Shown here in pieces: positions 1-13,083 of a stretch of DNA of 64,000 nucleotides; position 1 is the first letter of the stretch, and each line of letters starts with the position of its first letter. This DNA is from Eledone cirrhosa (taxonomy: Eukaryota): the NCBI GenBank assembly GCA_964016885.1, contig OZ024742.1:309256001-309320000 (forward strand), in the 5' to 3' direction. The position numbers and the translations under genes are program-made. Under the pieces are notes generated by a model. The model was not told where the DNA came from. It was given only the letters and a program-made list of their open reading frames with translations, and did not search any database.

Positions 1-514
1 AAATTAACTAGAAGGCTAGACAGGTATCTATATGATTAAAGTCTTTGTAGACACTCCTGTAAGTTTTACTAAATCACATTCTCGTTACTTCAGTTTAGCT
101 TGCTATTTAGTTCTAAAAATAACTGACGAAAGATATTTTCAATTTCTATACATTATATAATATATTCAAATACAGAAAAATATACAAAAAAAAATAGTTA
201 TATTAACTGTTAAGATCCTGTTAGGATTTAGCAGAAAAATCTCAAAAGTTTAATTCAAATGCATATAGTTGACAAATCGTGGGTACCTTCAGTGGAGTCT
301 GTTGCAAGCATTCAGGCTGGGTTTCAGATTACCTCCCTTCCACCATGCCCTTTCCCTAAGAAGGCCCGTAGATACTGCCCTTTCTTCCTTGACTAAACAG
401 TAAAAACAACTGTTCCTTTCTTACAAGTAAACCGTATGGTTAAAATGAAGAGTTACAGTTAGAGCAGGTGTTAGGTAGAGGATTAAAATCAGCAAGGTGA
501 TGTTTGTTTAGACA

Positions 515-680
515 ATCATCATTTCATTTTATGTCCACTTTTCTCTGCTTGCAAGGGTGGGATGGGAACTGATTCTGGCTGGATTTCTACAGCTGGATGC
601 CCTTCCTAACACCAACCTCATTTACAGTGAGTGCTGGATGCTTTTTTTTCCGTGGCACCTCCACGACCACTTTTGCAGTG
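515..680 (-). mobile_element. 3' end fragment of RTE LINE / RTE-tailed SINE
   Basis: ttctacagctggatgcccttcctaacaccaacctcatttacagtgagtgctgg matches the 3' UTR of the RTE copy at 42040-42110; catcat tail remnant at the left end. Confidence 0.75.
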
Positions 681-699
681 GAATGATATCAACCCAATT

Positions 700-845
700 C
701 CTATCATCTCATTTCTACAGCTGAGTAAACTGGAGCAATGTGAAATAAAGTGTCTTGCTCAAGGAAAACAACATCACTCGGTCTGAGAATTGAATTTACA
801 ACCTTTCGATTGCAAGGCAAATGCTCTAACCACTAAGCCTTGTGC
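700..845 (-). mobile_element. tRNA-derived SINE (5' part)
   Basis: Reverse strand gives an A-box-like ggcttagtggttagagc and a B-box-like gtaaattcaattc, followed by ccttgagcaagacact as in the SINE at 15112. Confidence 0.7.
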
Positions 846-2669
846 AATCTGTATATTATATGTCCATCTCAACATTGTACCATCAGTTGAGTCATCAGAT
901 ACTTTAACCCTACTACCAGAGAATCATCATCATCATTGTTTTACGGCAGTTAGAGACAGCACTTTTTGAAGCAATGTTTTACATACCAAACCATTTATTA
1001 GCTTCTTATAGCACACACAGAGAGATACAGTGTACCTATTCTAATTTGGATACTCATGATCTAACAGTAATTTATACCAACAGTTGAAGAGCAACAACTG
1101 GTAATATAGTCTGTCATGTACTTTAACCCTAGCAGGGCATTAGAATCAATCAATAATTTATACCAACAGATGAAGAGCAATAACTGGTAATATTACTACA
1201 GAAACATAACCTTTGGCCAAAACAAACTAGATTATAACAAGCTAGATAAATTAGCTGTCATCTTTAGACAGGAAATTATGATTAATAGCATTAAGTAAAT
1301 ATTCTACATATGTATTAAGTATACTTGTTTACCTTTTTATATGTATATTGTTTCTCTTTCCCTCTGATGGAAAATGGGAGCAGACACATGTAATCTCAGC
1401 TCTACGCAAAGAATAACAAATAAAATCTGGAGTCCAAAGAAATTAGTAATGGTCTGTATCAATAAAATTCATTCCCAAATTTAGATAAGAATACTGACAT
1501 TTTGAGCAAAGAAGCCCTTTGTCAAAAGGAACATATTTTAATGGTAGCACTGAGAATATAGGTTTAAAGAATGTGCAGGAAAGAAAAGGGACAAATAAGG
1601 GTGGTAATCATACATAAAACGTCAGTGGATTAAATAATGAAGTGAAATGTGGGAAGAAAGGCTAAAACAATCACAAACAGAGGGTGTCTAATGCAGTCAA
1701 ATTTGATAGCATTTGACTGCTACATTTAGCATATCAAGCAACAATGTAGAGGCTGCCTCTTTAGCTTCATGGCAAAAGCATCCTGCAAGTAAATTATAAT
1801 AGTGTATAATGTATATTTTAGTATACTGTATACATGTCCCAAACTTCAAGACACAAAAGGACCCTTACATCCTAGGGAAGAGACACGGTGGACCAAAAGT
1901 AAGATCAGGGCGCAAAGACGCAGTTTCCACCAGTTATACTACAATGCAGCTGATAAGCTACAATTTTTTGTTATCAAAATGAATACGCATATGATAGTAA
2001 GAGGGTTATATGAATTAGTACAAAATCTAAGGGGACAATTTTCCATTTCAACTTTTCCTTAATTCCGTTTTCACTTTTGATAAATTTTATGGGTAAATTG
2101 CAACAAATCATACTATAATTATATTAAAACAGGGAAACAAAACTGTTCTGCTGCAGACCATAAAAATATAGTTTGCAGACAATAAAAATATAGTGCTTGA
2201 GACTCCTGCTCTATGACATCAAACAGAAAGGAGATAAAGGTCTTCTTGATACAGCACCAATCTACCTTGAATAGATTCCTGGAAAAAAAAAAAAAGTAGC
2301 TATTCCTAACTGACAGATGAACAGAAGTATATGGAATAAGGTATACTGTCCAAGTATAAATAATATGTATGCAAGGGTCTTTATTGAATACCCAAGTAAC
2401 TTTCACTATGACTAGCTAAGGTAGTTGATACATAAAAATAGTAGACAAACAAACTACAACTTTTACAGAAATCTACAATTCCAAATATTTTTATACATTC
2501 CTTGAGGCTAACATGTCTCAAGTTTTCTTCAACTGTTGTTCAATTAAGTGCCAATATTCTCTTCAACATGTTTCTACTTCAGATGACGAACTCTAATTTT
2601 TACTTGTTTTTTCTTTAACTGAAATTTTTTTTTACTGTAAAATTATTTGTTAACTGAAAACAAAAAAGA

Positions 2670-2890
2670 AACACCAATGCACATGTGCAAATAAAACACC
2701 ACTGCACATGTATAGATACTACACCACTGCACATGTACAACACCAGTGCACGTGTAGAAATAAAACAGTGCATGTGTACAAATAAAACTCCGTAAAAATA
2801 AAACACTGATGCACTTGTTGAAATAAAACACCAGTGCACATGTAAAAATAAGACCAGTGCACATGTAAAAATAAAACACCACTGCAGCAC
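2670..2890. repeat. minisatellite, ~24-bp unit (aaataaaacaccagtgcacatgta)
   Basis: About 9 degenerate tandem copies visible. Confidence 0.85.
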
Positions 2891-3114
2891 AATAATTAAT
2901 GGTAAATATAGGTCGACATCTGAAACTCATCAGCATCATTTTACACATGCTATTCCATGTAATGATCTAACAATCTAACAACAAAAAAGTGAAACCTATT
3001 CTCAAACAAGCAGACTGGTGTAAAGCAAGTTCTAATTTTTTCATTTATTCCTAGGTCAGCCTGACATACAATCAAAGACATAACAGCTGCGACTATCACA
3101 TAATTTTTTTTATT

Positions 3115-4862
3115 TTCAGAAGCAATCAAGGAGATGAAGAATGGTAAAACTGCGAGACTGTCAGAGATAGTGTCCAAGATGCTAGAAGCATCGGGAGTAG
3201 TCAATCAGGTAATACAGGACAGAGTCATACCCAATGACTGGCACAGCAGTACAATCATACAACTAATGGACCAAATTATGAAAGTGACGGAAAGAGTTCT
3301 AACACAGCTAATTAGGGAAAGAGTCAAATTAGATGAAATGCAGTTAGGTTTTATGCCTGGGAAAAGTACTACAGACACTCTCTTCTTAGTGAGACAATTA
3401 CAAGAAGTTCCTAGCAAAGAATAAGCTACTATAATTAGTTTTTGGTGATCTAGCAAAGGGCTTTGACAGAGTACCTCAATCTGTTATCTGGTAGTGCTGA
3501 AGAAAATTAAGTGTAGAAGAATGGCTTGTGAGAGCAGTGGAAGAGCTGTAGTAAAGTGAGAGTAGGAAGCGAGTTTAATGAGAAATCAAGGTGTTCATCT
3601 AGGTTTGGTTCGCAGCCCACTGTTGTTCATCATAGTTCACCAGGCCATAACTGAGGAGTTTAAGACTGGCTGTCCATGGTTACTTCTCTATGTGGATGAT
3701 CTGATCCTTATAGCTGAATCCATAAAATTATTAGAATCCATAAAAGAATTAGAGAATAAGTTCCGACTATGGAAACAGAATTTGCAATCAAAAAGGCTGA
3801 GAGTAAACTTAGCCAAAACTTAAGTGCTAATAACTAGAAAAGAAGGTAGGACCCTGATTCCTTCAGGGAAGAAGCCCTGCTCAATATGAAGAAAAGAAGT
3901 AGGCATAAACTCTATATGATGTCAACAACGAAAATCTTGGAAACAGCAGTTGGAATCAAGAGGACAGAGTGAACATAGCTAAGACAAAAGTGTTGATAAG
4001 TAGAAAAGAGGACAAAACTCTGATTTCATCAGGGAAATGCCATGTTCGATATGTAGAAAAGGAACTGGCATAAATCCTATAAAATGTACACAATACAGAT
4101 CTTGGATACACAAGAGATGTAGTGTGATAGCAGGCAAACTAACAGGTAGGGAAAACTACGTATGCAGATGTACAAGGAAAGTTGGCAGTAGTAATCGTAG
4201 TGATAGATACATTTTTCAAATGCCGGTGGGTTCTATAGAAGTGGTTGATAGCTTCCGGTACCTAGGTGATCAGATTAGCATGGGAGAGGGGTATTCCGAG
4301 GCCATAGAATCTAAAATAAGGACAGGTTGGAAGAAGTTTAGGGAGCTGCTTCCTCTGTTGACAAAGAAGGGTTTCTCCCTGCGTACAAAAGGCCGGTTAT
4401 ATGATGCCTGTGTGAGATACGCGATGCTGCATGGTAGTGAGACATGGGCAGCAACTACAGAGGATATGCAATGGCTGGAGAGAAATGAAGCAAGCATGCT
4501 CCATTGGATGTGCAATGTCAATGTGCGTGAACAACCAAGCATAGATGAGTTGAGAAAGAAATTGTGTATAAGAGGGATAAGTTGTGGTGTGCGGGATAGA
4601 AGACCGAGATGGTATGGACATGTGATGCGCATGGAGGATGACCGCTCGGTAAAGAAGTACCAAGAAATCCCAGGAGAAGAAAGACACAGTAGAGGAAGAC
4701 CACAAAAAACATGGACAGAGGTGGTGAGAGCAGACCTCAGATTCCTGAAGCTCATGAAGGAGACGATGAAGGACCGTGACAAGTGGAGAGATGCTGTGCT
4801 GAATAGGACCCGTCCCACTGTTGCAAGCAGGGAAAAGCGGACGTAAAATGAGGATGATGATA
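3115..4862 (+). mobile_element. decayed RTE-clade LINE (RT region to 3' tail)
   Basis: Broken ORFs with [42 protein letters not shown]; stops and frameshifts; gatgatgat tail at ~4853; internal duplication ~3770-4050. Confidence 0.92.
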
Positions 4863-4924
4863 ACAGGAAGTGAAGTCTTTGTATGTAGGAGATACACAAG
4901 GATAATTGACGGGAAGAGTGTCAA

Positions 4925-5520
4925 TGATATAAACCTTTTCCAATCAAATGAAGAATCCACAGAAATGCTTAATAACCTCTATCTAGCAGTGGAGGAGGGT
5001 GCTCTGAGAGCATAATAGCTAGAATAAAGATAGGATGGAAAAAGTTTAGAGAGTTATTCCCAATATTGACCACAAAAGGTTTCTCCTTATGTAAAAAAGA
5101 ATAGCTGTATAATGCCTGTGCCCGAAGTGCACTGTTTCATGGTAGTGAAACATGGGTAGTGATTGCAGAGGACATGCGTAGGCTGGATAGAAATGAAGCA
5201 ACCATGCTTCGAAATATGAGCAATGTAAATGTGAGATAAAGACAGAGCTTGGATGAACTGAGAGAGAAACTGGGTTTTAAAGGAATCAGCAGTGTACAAG
5301 AGAGAAGACTGCATTAGTACAGACGTGATGTAATGGATCATGATTGCAGTAGAGATAGATGAAGGAAGACCTGGGCAGAGATTGTGAGAGCTGATCTCAA
5401 ATGGTTGAGACTCACAGAGGAGATGACGAAGGTATGAGACAAGTGGAAAGATGCTGTACTGAAAAGGACCTGTTCATCCCATGTAAATGTGGAATAATTG
5501 GCATAAAGGTGATGGTGATA
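4925..5520 (+). mobile_element. second decayed RTE 3' fragment
   Basis: Homologous to the C-terminal coding part (ggatggaaaaagtttagagag, catggtagtgaaacatggg) ending in ggtgatggtgat. Confidence 0.85.
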
Positions 5521-6265
5521 GCTGCTATTTCTAGCAGGTCAAGGCTTCTCACTTTAGCTGTAATGTAATACTTTAATAATGCAATTAGGTTCAGCTTACA
5601 TCAACAGTTTCATCAATTAACATCATCCTTTACATACCAAAAATAAATTTTGTGAGCTTAAACATACTGAAAATTCCAGGATTAAACTCAGTTTAGTAAC
5701 CTCAAATACTAGACTTAGAACAATTCCTCATTAGAAACTGTAAAATACAACTAAAATCCCATTTTATAATTTTTTACAATTTTTTTTTTTTTTTACATTT
5801 TGTTCTTTTTTAGAATTGGTCCTTGATAATATATTCTTCAGTAAATACCAATAACATAAAAACAAGATTTACAAAATCATTAAAAAAAAAAAAAAACAAT
5901 CTCAAGAATATAATTTCTGATTCAAGAAATATGTTGTCTTGAAGACATTTCCCCACCACAAAAAGAATCCATAATTAGATTAAGCAATAAAGAAAAATAT
6001 TTCAAAGAAAAATCTGGTGTTGAATAACTGGATAATACAGATAAGATGGCACTGGATCAAGACAAATGGAGAACTAGGGAAGAATGGACACGATTAGGAA
6101 GAGGAGGAAGAAACAAGATAGTAGCAATGCAGTTAAACCTGAAATGGACGAGAACTGGTTGTTTGGATGATATAACTGCTTAAGTGAGAGGGAAAAGTGG
6201 AGAGCAGTTGAAAATTATCAGACGAGAAATTTATTGCAGAAAATTATCAGAAATGAAATTTAAAT

Positions 6266-6345
6266 AATTGTTTCTATTTTAGGCACAAGGCCAGCAATTA
6301 ACCAGTACATTACTGGTACTTTATTTTATCGACCCCGTAAGGATA
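6266..6345 (-). mobile_element. SINE family A, 3' fragment
   Basis: gcacaaggccagcaatta...tactggtactttattttatcgaccccgtaaggat shared with 7649, 8858, 9850 and 18697 copies. Confidence 0.85.
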
Positions 6346-7648
6346 GGAGAAAATTGTTGTTTAGACATACAGTTCAGCCTGATCAAGTCAGATCAAAAAT
6401 GCTACAGCCATGACAATCCAATCTTACTTTCAAACAGTATATTCAGGACTACATTATACAGTATGTCCTGGAGTAACTCTCCGATCTCGGAGCTCTGCAC
6501 TATATCGAGTAACGTTATTACAGAGACCCTTCAGAGGAACCCCATTTCAGCTGCATGTATTCGCGATCATATTCTTTCGGTCATTACCCAAGATTCATGA
6601 CTATAGGTAAAGGTTGGCACGAATACCGATTTGAAAATAGAGGGTTTGGCTCTTACGTCTACCTCCCTCCTGATTACTGAGGCTGACGCATTACAATATG
6701 TCCTTCCTATTTTAAAATGGAAGAATGGGTTATGAGGGAGATTTGGTTACTATTTATATTTTTTTCTCTGAGAGGTAGACACTAGCTTGCCTACCCAGAC
6801 AGTATATCCTACAGTAGCCTCGGCTGACCAATATCTTGTAAGTAGAATCTAGTAGACGGAAGCTATGCAGAAACCCGTCAAGTATGCATATGTGCGCGTG
6901 ATATTAACACCAGCCTAAGTAATGTTTGTGATGTGTCACTTGGTTTTCCGTAATATAAATCGATAAAATAAGGGCTTGTGGCTATTTCGTGTCGCTAAAA
7001 GAAAATTTAATTGCGATTAAAGTGAAACCGCAAAACCGGAAGCAACGAAAGGAACAGCCACCAACCGACACCATCACACTACCATCACATCACCACAATT
7101 TCAGAAATTAATTAAAATACGAACTATGTGAGCATATGTGTGGGGGGCATGTGTATATATGTGAGCATATGTGTGGGGGCATGTGTATATATGTGAAAGG
7201 GGGTGTGTGGGAGCGTGCGTACGTAAAAGAATGAAATAATAGAATGCCATTGCCACAAATTTGTTTCACCAAGCGAATTTCGTTTCTTTAGCAACAATTA
7301 TCTTAGATCTGTGTGAATAAGACGCACAACACAACGCATATACACGTACACATATGTATGTAGACATACACCACATACAGATATACGTAGATACACCGCA
7401 AACACATACATCACACATATACACGCACACACGTGTAGACAATAAAACAGGTATATAGACAAACGATATAGTTCAAAATATCAGTTCATTCTAGTTTTTG
7501 TCTTAGATTCTTGTGTCGTAACTTTTCAATCACAATGGACGATTACGGCCATAAAGTCAAGTTTTCTATTCTTTTAAGTTTATTTTACAGTTTGCGTATG
7601 TGTGAATCAATATGTGAGTGAATGATATATGTTAGTGTGTTTAAGTAA

Positions 7649-7770
7649 ATAATTGTTTCTAATTTTGGCACAAGGCCAGCAATTACCCAGTACATTACTG
7701 GTACTTTATTCTATCGACCCCGTAAGGATGAAAGGCAAAGTTAACCTCGACGGGATTTGAACTCAGACCG
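7649..7770 (-). mobile_element. SINE family A
   Basis: Same family body plus B-box-like gagttcaaatccc on the minus strand. Confidence 0.85.
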
Positions 7771-7789
7771 TAAAGAAACGTAACTATGC

Positions 7790-8012
7790 TAGTTCCAGTT
7801 GATTCGATCAATAGATCAATAGAACAAATTGCTCGTGGAATTAACGTGCAAGTGGTTGAGCATTCCACAGACAAGTGTATCCTTATAATTCTCAGGGAGA
7901 TTTAGCGTGACACATTGTATGACAAGGTTGGCCCTTACAATTGTATGTACAACTCGTTTTTACCAGCTAACGTAAAATAAAGAGTATTGCTCAAAGACAA
8001 CGCGCTGTCAGG
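7790..8012 (-). mobile_element. SINE family B (body)
   Basis: Reverse-complement similarity to 15190-15410 (ctcagggagatttagcgtgacac, cgtgcaagtggttgagcattccacagac). Confidence 0.75.
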
Positions 8013-8054
8013 AACACAGTTCCATGCTAGCACATTGCATGTCGGCACAGATAC

Positions 8055-8215
8055 TTGTTTCAAATTTAGGCACAGATATCGATCCCTTTATTTTATTAGC
8101 CCCGGAACTATGAAAGTCAAAGTTGAGCTCGGTGGGATTTGAACACCGAACGTAATTAAACGCAGCAAAGCATTTTGTCCGGCGCTATAACGATTCAGCC
8201 AATCCGCCGCCCTCG
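8055..8215 (-). mobile_element. SINE family A, diverged
   Basis: tRNA-like head ggcggcggattggctgaatcgttatagcg and gttcaaatcccaccgag. Confidence 0.7.
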
Positions 8216-8339
8216 TTGGTACAGACAATGATATCTGGATGCTGTGGTAAAGGTGAAGGCCACTGCATCCATAGCCGAACAAAAAACAATTCTAAAATAT
8301 TAGGTATTATCGACAAACTAACAAAGTAATTTTTCTAAT

Positions 8340-8750
8340 TTGGGACGTTTGGGGAAACTGGACCGTGGTTTTTGTCATTGTTGGCGGCTCGCCTTACCGA
8401 GCTATCAGGTAATTCTCGCTCGTGTGCTCGGCTATTCCAGTGTCTTAACCTTGCTATCACCAGTGGTAATTCTACAAGTGTGTTGGATTGCCTCAAAAAA
8501 TTATTTGAGGGAGCCTGTTTTTGTTTTGTTTAATTTATTTGCATTATTCTTCCGTTTGTTGTTTCCATTAATGATTTTTTTTCTCCAGCCTGTAGCGTTC
8601 GAGACGCTGACAGCCACGTTCTTGTCATCACTGGCGGCTCACCTTACTGAGGTGTCAGGTGATGCCCGTGAGAGTGCCTAGTTATTTCAGCGCCTTAGCC
8701 TCGCCATCACCCGTGGTAATGCTGCGAGCGTGTTGGCTTGCCTGAAAGTG
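8340..8750 (+). mobile_element. two tandem C-terminal remnants of a CRE-like (restriction-like endonuclease) non-LTR retrotransposon
   Basis: Translations FLSLLAARLTELSGNSRSCARLFQCLNLAITSGNSTSVLDCLK (~8370-8497) and QPVAFETL...LAAHLTEVSGDARESA*LFQRLSLAITRGNAASVLACLK (~8586-8747) resemble the P.A.ETLG...QRLS.AI.RGNAAS terminus of CRE-clade ORFs. Confidence 0.65.
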
Positions 8751-8857
8751 TGCAGTTAACCCCTAAGGTGTGAGGTGCGGCCAATTATTACACTTGGTGG
8801 TAAATCCCCCCCCCCCTTCCTTTATCGTTTTTATTCAATGAATTTATATTATCGTGT

Positions 8858-9040
8858 TGCAGTATCGGTAGAGGGTCGGACGCCACGCTTTGCTGCTTAG
8901 AGTTACGCCCCATTACGGTTTGAGTTCAAATTTCGCCGAGGTTAACTTTGTCTTTCATCCTTACGGGGTCGATAAAATAAAGCACCAGTAATGCACTGGA
9001 ATAATTGCTGTCCTTGTGCCAAAAGTAGAAACAATTATTG
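8858..9040 (+). mobile_element. SINE family A
   Basis: gcagtatcggtagagggtcggac head, gagttcaaat B-box, family body and tail. Confidence 0.85.
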
Positions 9041-9509
9041 TGTTATACATGGTTTAGACATTGTATTTGTAATGTCCTGAACGAATTGCGAGCAATTTAT
9101 GTTATTTACGCATTTGTAATGTTATTTATGTATATATTTAAAACATATTTGCAATGTTATTCTTCTGTAAATTTATACAATTGAAATAAATTTCAGAAAA
9201 TGGCAAAAAGAAAATTACTGAATACTTTCGATCTGTTTGTTATAGGTCAAAAGTAAACTCAGAAATATTTTCATCGTGCCTCCCAGTTTCATGTTGATAA
9301 TGGATAACAATCAAGATGTCATAGATTTTATGTTGGAATATTTCTATGACTTACGAAAATAAAGAAATATACTTTTTTTTTCTTTAAAATGTCATCGAAA
9401 ATATATTTTAGCAAAATTTCCTTGACAAATATGTATAAAGTAAGTTGTTAGAAAACAAAGGCGGGGGCAGACACAAAACTGTAGTTATACCATATATAAT
9501 ACTTATCAC

Positions 9510-9626
9510 CATTATCAGGAGATGCGTGGTTCGAACTCCATTAAAGAACCGATTGTTGTTTAGCCTCAAATTGTATATATGGACCCGTAACTCCCGAGGG
9601 AGTTGTAGGAGCGCCATATTTGACAT
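9510..9626 (-). CDS. candidate first coding exon of a leftward host gene (MSNMALLQLPRELRVHIYNLRLNNNRFFNGVRTTHLLIM)
   Basis: AAATATGGCG start context (YY1-like), CpG-retaining neighbourhood, non-repetitive ORF, possible GT donor after ...CTGATAATG; no downstream exons confidently linked. Confidence 0.3.
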
Positions 9627-9849
9627 ACGGCGTTTCTAGGGCATTTTTAAAACCTGACAGAGACCATCTCCTCTCTAAGTCTGAAAACAGTAGATTTCTT
9701 CCAGAGAAGGATAGAGAATGAGAGAAAGAGATATAGAGGAAGAATCGACCCAGTTCTTGACTGGTACTTTTTATCGACCTCAGATTAGTTATAATCAAAA
9801 GGTATTGCAACCACAACCCTATCGTCTTTTGATGTTGTTTTTTGTGTTT

Positions 9850-10228
9850 GGCAGTATCGGTAGAGGGTCGGACGCCATGCTTTCCAGCATAGTTACGTCC
9901 CTTTACGATCTGAGTTCAAGTCCCGCCGAGGTTGACTTTGCCTTTCATCCTTACGGGGTCGATAAAATAAAGTACCAGTAATGCACTGGGTATTTGCTGG
10001 CCTTGTGCCTAAAGTAGAAACAATTATTATAATAAATAAAAAAAAAAAACACACACACCCACACCCCCCACCAATTTCAATGGAAAATAATTTGGGGGCA
10101 TTATTTCTGAGTTCAAATCCCGCCGAGGTTAACTTTGCCTTTCATCCTTACGGGATCGATAAAATAAAGTACCAGTAATGTACTGAGTAATTGCTGGCCT
10201 TGTGCCAATAGTAGAAACAATTATTATA
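9850..10228 (+). mobile_element. two SINE family A copies (9850-10030, 10106-10228)
   Basis: Both carry ccgccgaggtt.actttgcctttcatccttacggg.tcgataaaataaagtaccag and the tail gtagaaacaattatt. Confidence 0.88.
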
Positions 10229-10247
10229 GAAAGATACCCCACCGATT

Positions 10248-10531
10248 TGTGGGAAATAATTTATTTCTTCGGCTTTTTTCCGTGTGCTATCAATTAAACT
10301 TACCTCCTAATATGCTGCAAAGGACATTTTTCCATGGAAAACGGAGGGAGACATGTGGGGACTCGGACTTTTCACCCTAACCCTGGTGGAGGGGATTGAA
10401 ACATCCGAGGTTCACCCTTCTTACCCCTGTGTTTTCCAGGTGAAAAAGTTCTTTGCAGCATATTAGGGGGTAAGTTTAATTGAGAGCACACAAAAAAAAA
10501 TGAGGGGGGGGGGGGGGGATTTATTTCCCAC
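10248..10531. mobile_element. MITE-like fold-back element
   Basis: ~70-bp imperfect inverted repeats (gtgtgctatcaattaaacttacctcctaatatgctgcaaag / ctttgcagcatattaggggtaagtttaattgagagcacac) plus outer gtgggaaataa / ttatttcccac. Confidence 0.7.
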
Positions 10532-11686
10532 TAAAATTTAATGACTTGCAAAAATGAGTTACAATTATACGAGGATGTCCCTCCTCAACCTAGGTAACTA
10601 AAATACGATTGATTTCCAAGACGGGTGTAATTGTACAAATTTATTCAAATTACTTGAGTTAGGTCTTCAAGAAAAATTTTGCAAGGTGAAACAAAGCTGT
10701 GCCTTGGTGGACCCCATGGAGGGAAAAGGGCTCCTCTCAAAATTGAAGGAAACTGAGTTTTTCTTTTGTTTTTATAAAGGATTCGTCTCAGATATTGACG
10801 GGCCACTCCTTGGCTTTTTATGTCCCGGATCAATGTACCGTCTGAAAACTTAGAGGTTAACACAAACATTCAATGTTTTAGTTTTTTATGTAAAATTTTC
10901 AGTTTGAATATTACAAGAAAAAATATTCCGAATTTCAACACCAGTATTTTTTTTTTTTTATGAATTTGATAATTTTTTTTTTGTTTTGTTTGTTTTTTTG
11001 TATTTATAAATTTAAAACCCAAAAAGAAATTTTTGTAGGGGTTTTCTAGGAACACAGTAAATGTAATCAATGAATCCTTTACCCTGTATATTACCAATAT
11101 TGATTTGATCGACCGACAAAAAGAAAAAAATGACAAGTTGAGTGCAGCGTTGATTTTTAACTGAAGACTTCGTTGAAATATTACAATGTTAAGCGTAGAT
11201 AATATATTTAATGGAGTAAGACAACAATCCACTGATTTGATAATAAAAATTATTGAATTTTGCTATAAAATATCCAAAGATTAACCCCAGCAATTGAAAC
11301 ACGATATATATTTAACCTGCCAAATCTCACTCAATTTATCGTCTTAAACAAAAACACTGAAAGGATATATTAGATCAAATAGTCCTAGATATTGATAAAC
11401 ATATGGATGGTCAGCTCAATGGTTAACCTGGGGCAAAACAACATGATATATGGAAATTAAGTCACATTCATGTTTTATTTTAAAAGAAAAACAAGAAAGT
11501 GATAAAGGCTTACCTTAATGTGTGTTTTTGCATAGAAAACACAGGTGATAAAATGTATTCCTATATATAATTAAAACTAAAATTCACAACATAACATAAA
11601 ACAAACACAAAATAACCGAAGGGGATTCAAATCTGAAACATGAGTATGAGAGAGAGGAAGGGAGTATGAAAGAGAGAGAGAAAGTT

Positions 11687-11720
<34 letters not shown>

Positions 11721-12339
11721 GGGGGTGTATTGCATTGTGGTTTGAAATTCAAAAAGTTAGTATGTTTGCGCATGTATTTGATGTATTTATTGATGTTTAA
11801 GCTATATTAAGACCATACAAATAAAATGTTCGATTGCGAATGCGTTAACATAAAGTCTATATGTATGCATGTGTGGATATATATATAATATATATGCATG
11901 TGTGGATATATATATATATAATATATAAATATGTATGCATGTGTGTATATATATATATATTATATATAAATATATAAATTTATGTTCATACATAGAACAC
12001 GTATATGAACAAAAATGTGAGTGTAAGCGCCTGAAGATTAGGTCACATTTTTAATCCCTATTACCTTCTAGAAATATGGTATATATTGGTCCTTGAAACC
12101 TTAGTACTCACCTGTGTACTCACAGGATCATCAGTCCAATGAGCACTCATTCTCGCGTCCGTCAACATCACACGAATATATATATATATATATATAAATA
12201 GGGAGACACAAAGCGGACTTTGTTTAGAAATGGCTAGCGAATTTGAAATTTAGGTAGTAACATGTGCTTACGCCGTATTTGACTTAGAATTAGTCTATTA
12301 GTTGGGATTTTAAAAAGCCCTCTGAATGGAAAAAAAGAT

Positions 12340-12410
12340 GAGTATTGACGTACGAACCCACATCTTTGGTTTGCCGGACCAATGTGTTACCATTACACCA
12401 ACACGCTACC
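12340..12410 (-). pseudogene. tRNA-like sequence (SINE head or tRNA pseudogene)
   Basis: GGTGTAATGGTAACAC D arm, TTGGT-CCGGCAA-ACCAA anticodon arm, GGTTCGTAC T loop; acceptor and T stems poorly paired. Confidence 0.55.
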
Positions 12411-12555
12411 CATGCTTCTTTCCATTCAATTAGAATCTATATAATCATAGCAGGTATATAACTAACACACACAGACAGACAGTTTTTACCGTTAATACAC
12501 TCATTGGGCGATCTTAAAACCACATGATCATTATATATCAATCTCTTTTGATGTA

Positions 12556-12591
<36 letters not shown>

Positions 12592-13083
12592 CCTCACCAT
12601 GATTTAAACACAGACCACAGTGAGCTAAAAAAAATACCACCATTCATTTTGTGCTACGCTTTAATGACTGCCAGTTTTACATTACCGCTTTTCAACATGA
12701 CTGAAATCTTTAGTGTAGGTATGAAATATCTAATCTTTTTGTTTCCATATTTCTAAGAAAAGACACTGCCTATAATTTTCAAATCCTTTTGAAAATAATC
12801 CAAAATTTCTCAATATCAAAATGATGTTTGGAATATAACAATACATGGAAAAAGGTTTTTAGATAAATATAAACACTTTAAAATAAACAGTATTGTATCA
12901 TAGTACCAGGCGGGGTTTCTAATAAAGATATCAGCCATGCAAATAAATTTCTTCTTTAGTTCCTTTTATTCCCTATGAAGCATTGGGCGACAAGAGACAA
13001 TACAGTGAACATTTGAGTAATACATGTATGACCTACACCACTTCAAAAACCTCTCCTTTAATGAAGATATAACACTAACACAA

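Noticed and set aside
1492-1527. Hammerhead-like relic TTGACAAAGGGCT...GCTCAAAATGTCAG (minus)
   Set aside because: Several core positions mutated; cannot be supported beyond resemblance to the 38729 motif
2670-2890. Short palindromic repeats resembling a CRISPR array
   Set aside because: No unique spacers, degenerate tandem units, eukaryotic context, no cas genes
2915-2945. CTGATGAG on minus strand (hammerhead or C/D snoRNA box)
   Set aside because: No GAAA partner, no terminal stem or correctly spaced D box
11155-11195. CTGAAGA...GAAA motif
   Set aside because: No stem II, and the triplet compatible with stem I is AUG (not cleavable)
12340-12410. Functional tRNA gene
   Set aside because: Acceptor and T stems do not pair properly; kept only as a tRNA-derived relic
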